From Octopus sinensis (taxonomy: Eukaryota), in assembly GCF_006345805.1 (NCBI RefSeq), contig NW_021828290.1:1-8874 (forward strand): a stretch of DNA of 8,874 nt, in the 5' to 3' direction. Within the stretch, counting starts at the first letter, position 1; the number at the start of each line of letters is the position of its first letter. Position numbers and translations under genes: made by a program. Shown here piece by piece: positions 7,500 to 8,874 of the stretch. Below the pieces are notes generated by a model. That model was not told where the DNA came from. It made no database searches and saw nothing but the letters and a program-made list of their open reading frames with translations.

Positions 7500-7727
7500 C
7501 GTGTGCGTGTATGTGTTTTGTTTGTCCCCCTAGCATTGCTTGACAACCATGCTGGTGTGTTTATGCCCCCGTTACTTAGCGGTTCGGCAAAAGAGACCGG
7601 ATAGAATAAGTACTGGCTTACAAAGAATAAGTCCCGGGGTCGATTTGCTCGATTAAAGGCGGTGCTCCAGCATGGCCACAGTCAAATGACTGAAACAAGT
7701 AAAAGAATAAAAGATAAAGATAAAGAT
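7290..7727 (+). mobile_element. SINE family A, full-length copy
   Basis: Colinear with 483-900, including the internal microsatellite and a tail ending in (aaagat)n. Confidence 0.9.
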
Positions 7728-7759
7728 ATTGAATTTTGTTATCCAAAAAAGGGCATCGT

Positions 7760-8134
7760 TGTTTTGTTTGTTTTTCTTTAATGCCAGCCTGCGATATGAG
7801 GGAGATATGACAGTTACTTCAAGCAGTTATATTCACGATAAGGATCAGCAAAAACCTCCAGACCTTCCTCCATAAATGCCAGCCCTTTAGCAATAATTTT
7901 AGTAACCAGTTTAAGTGGTGTAGGTGGGACTTCCGTTGTATCATCTGTATTCTCAGCCTCTTCTTTTTCTAACATCATCAGCACCTTGTTAGATAAACTT
8001 TCTTTCTGGGACACCAGCAACTCAATCACATCATCCTCTATGATGTCTTCAAATTCCACATCCTTTGGAAATGTCACAGCATCGTTTCGAATTTCATGTA
8101 GACTTTCTGATTGAGGGGAAACTTTTAATGTCAC
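7760..8134 (-). pseudogene. C-terminal remnant of a pogo/Tigger-type transposase
   Basis: The ORF segment FEDIIEDDVIELLVSQKESLSNKVLMMLEKEE...TKIIAKGLAFMEEGLEVF..DP resembles the acidic C-terminal region of Tigger/TIGD transposases (EDDVxELLxSHxxxLTxEDL, recognised by eye). A KEKQTKQ-like tail follows in another frame. No DDE domain is in the window. Confidence 0.65.
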
Positions 8135-8243
8135 GGATATAGTCTAGCTATGTACTTTTCCAAGCACAATTCAAAATTTAAGGCCTTCATTTCATTGCAT
8201 GACTCTGTTATATTATCTACCACATTAATATATTATCTATTAA

Positions 8244-8874
8244 GGCGACGAGCTGGCAGAAACGTTAGCACGTCGGGCAAAATACGTAGCCGTATTTCAT
8301 CTGCCGTTCTGAGTTCAAATTCCGCCAAGGTCGACTTTACCTTTTATCCTTTCGGGGTCGATAAATTAAGTACCAGTTACGCACTGGGGTTGATGTAATC
8401 AACTTAATCCCTTTGTCTGTCCTTGTTTGTCCCCTCTGTGTTTAGCCCCTTGTGGGTAGTAAAGAAATAGGTATTTCGTCTGCGGTTACATTCTGAGTTC
8501 AAATTCTACCGAGGTCGACTTTACCTTTCATCCTTTCGGGTTCGATAAATTAAGTACCAGTTACGCACTGGGGTTGATGTAATCAACTTAATCCGTTTGT
8601 CTGTCCTTGTTTGTCCCCTCTGTGTTTAGCCCCTTGTGGGTAGTAAAGAAATAGGTATTTCGTCTGCCTCTCCGTTCTGAGTTCAAATTCCGCGAAGGTC
8701 GACTTTACCTTTCATCCTTTCGGGGTAAATAAATAAGTACCAGTTACACACTGGGGTTGATGTAATCGACTTAATCCATTTGTCTGTACCTGTGTCCTCT
8801 CTGTGTTTAGCCCCTTGTGGGTAGTAAAGAAATAGGTATTTCGTCTGCGGTTACGTTCTGAGTTCAAATTCTGC
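8244..8874 (+). mobile_element. SINE family C head followed by a tandem array of ~180-bp SINE-body units (runs off the window)
   Basis: There is one A box (tggcagaaacg). Units start at gtattt 8292, 8471, 8655 and 8836 (periods 179, 184, 181), each with the B box gttcaaattc and cctttcatcctttcggggtcgataaa, which I recall as a MetaSINE-like domain. Confidence 0.9.

Noticed and set aside
7975-7981. CUGAUGA on the minus strand
   Set aside because: Only 5 nt separate it from the next GAAA, so no stem II can form. It encodes part of LMMLEK in the transposase remnant.

Overview
This is an AT-rich, repeat-dense eukaryotic intergenic or intronic window with no credible intact protein-coding gene. The SINE families resemble those I recall from octopod cephalopods (Octopus); this is recall, not a database result. 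It contains three tRNA-derived SINE families in about 9 full or partial copies, one expanded into a ~180-bp tandem array. It also has several non-autonomous TIR elements, including a TTAGGG-bearing one that forms a ~180-bp-arm palindrome, plus a pogo/Tigger-like transposase remnant, a ~130-bp tandem array and long microsatellites that explain most ORF-track entries. The main hidden signal is a cluster of co-oriented minus-strand type I hammerhead ribozyme motifs: 2619-2730 (intact core, three foldable stems), 2137-2215 (intact core, with mismatches explainable by CpG decay) and 3114-3155 (minimal, degenerate core). Each lies in a short cassette next to a (TA)n tract, which suggests Penelope-like or retrozyme-like elements. 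All folds were done by eye.
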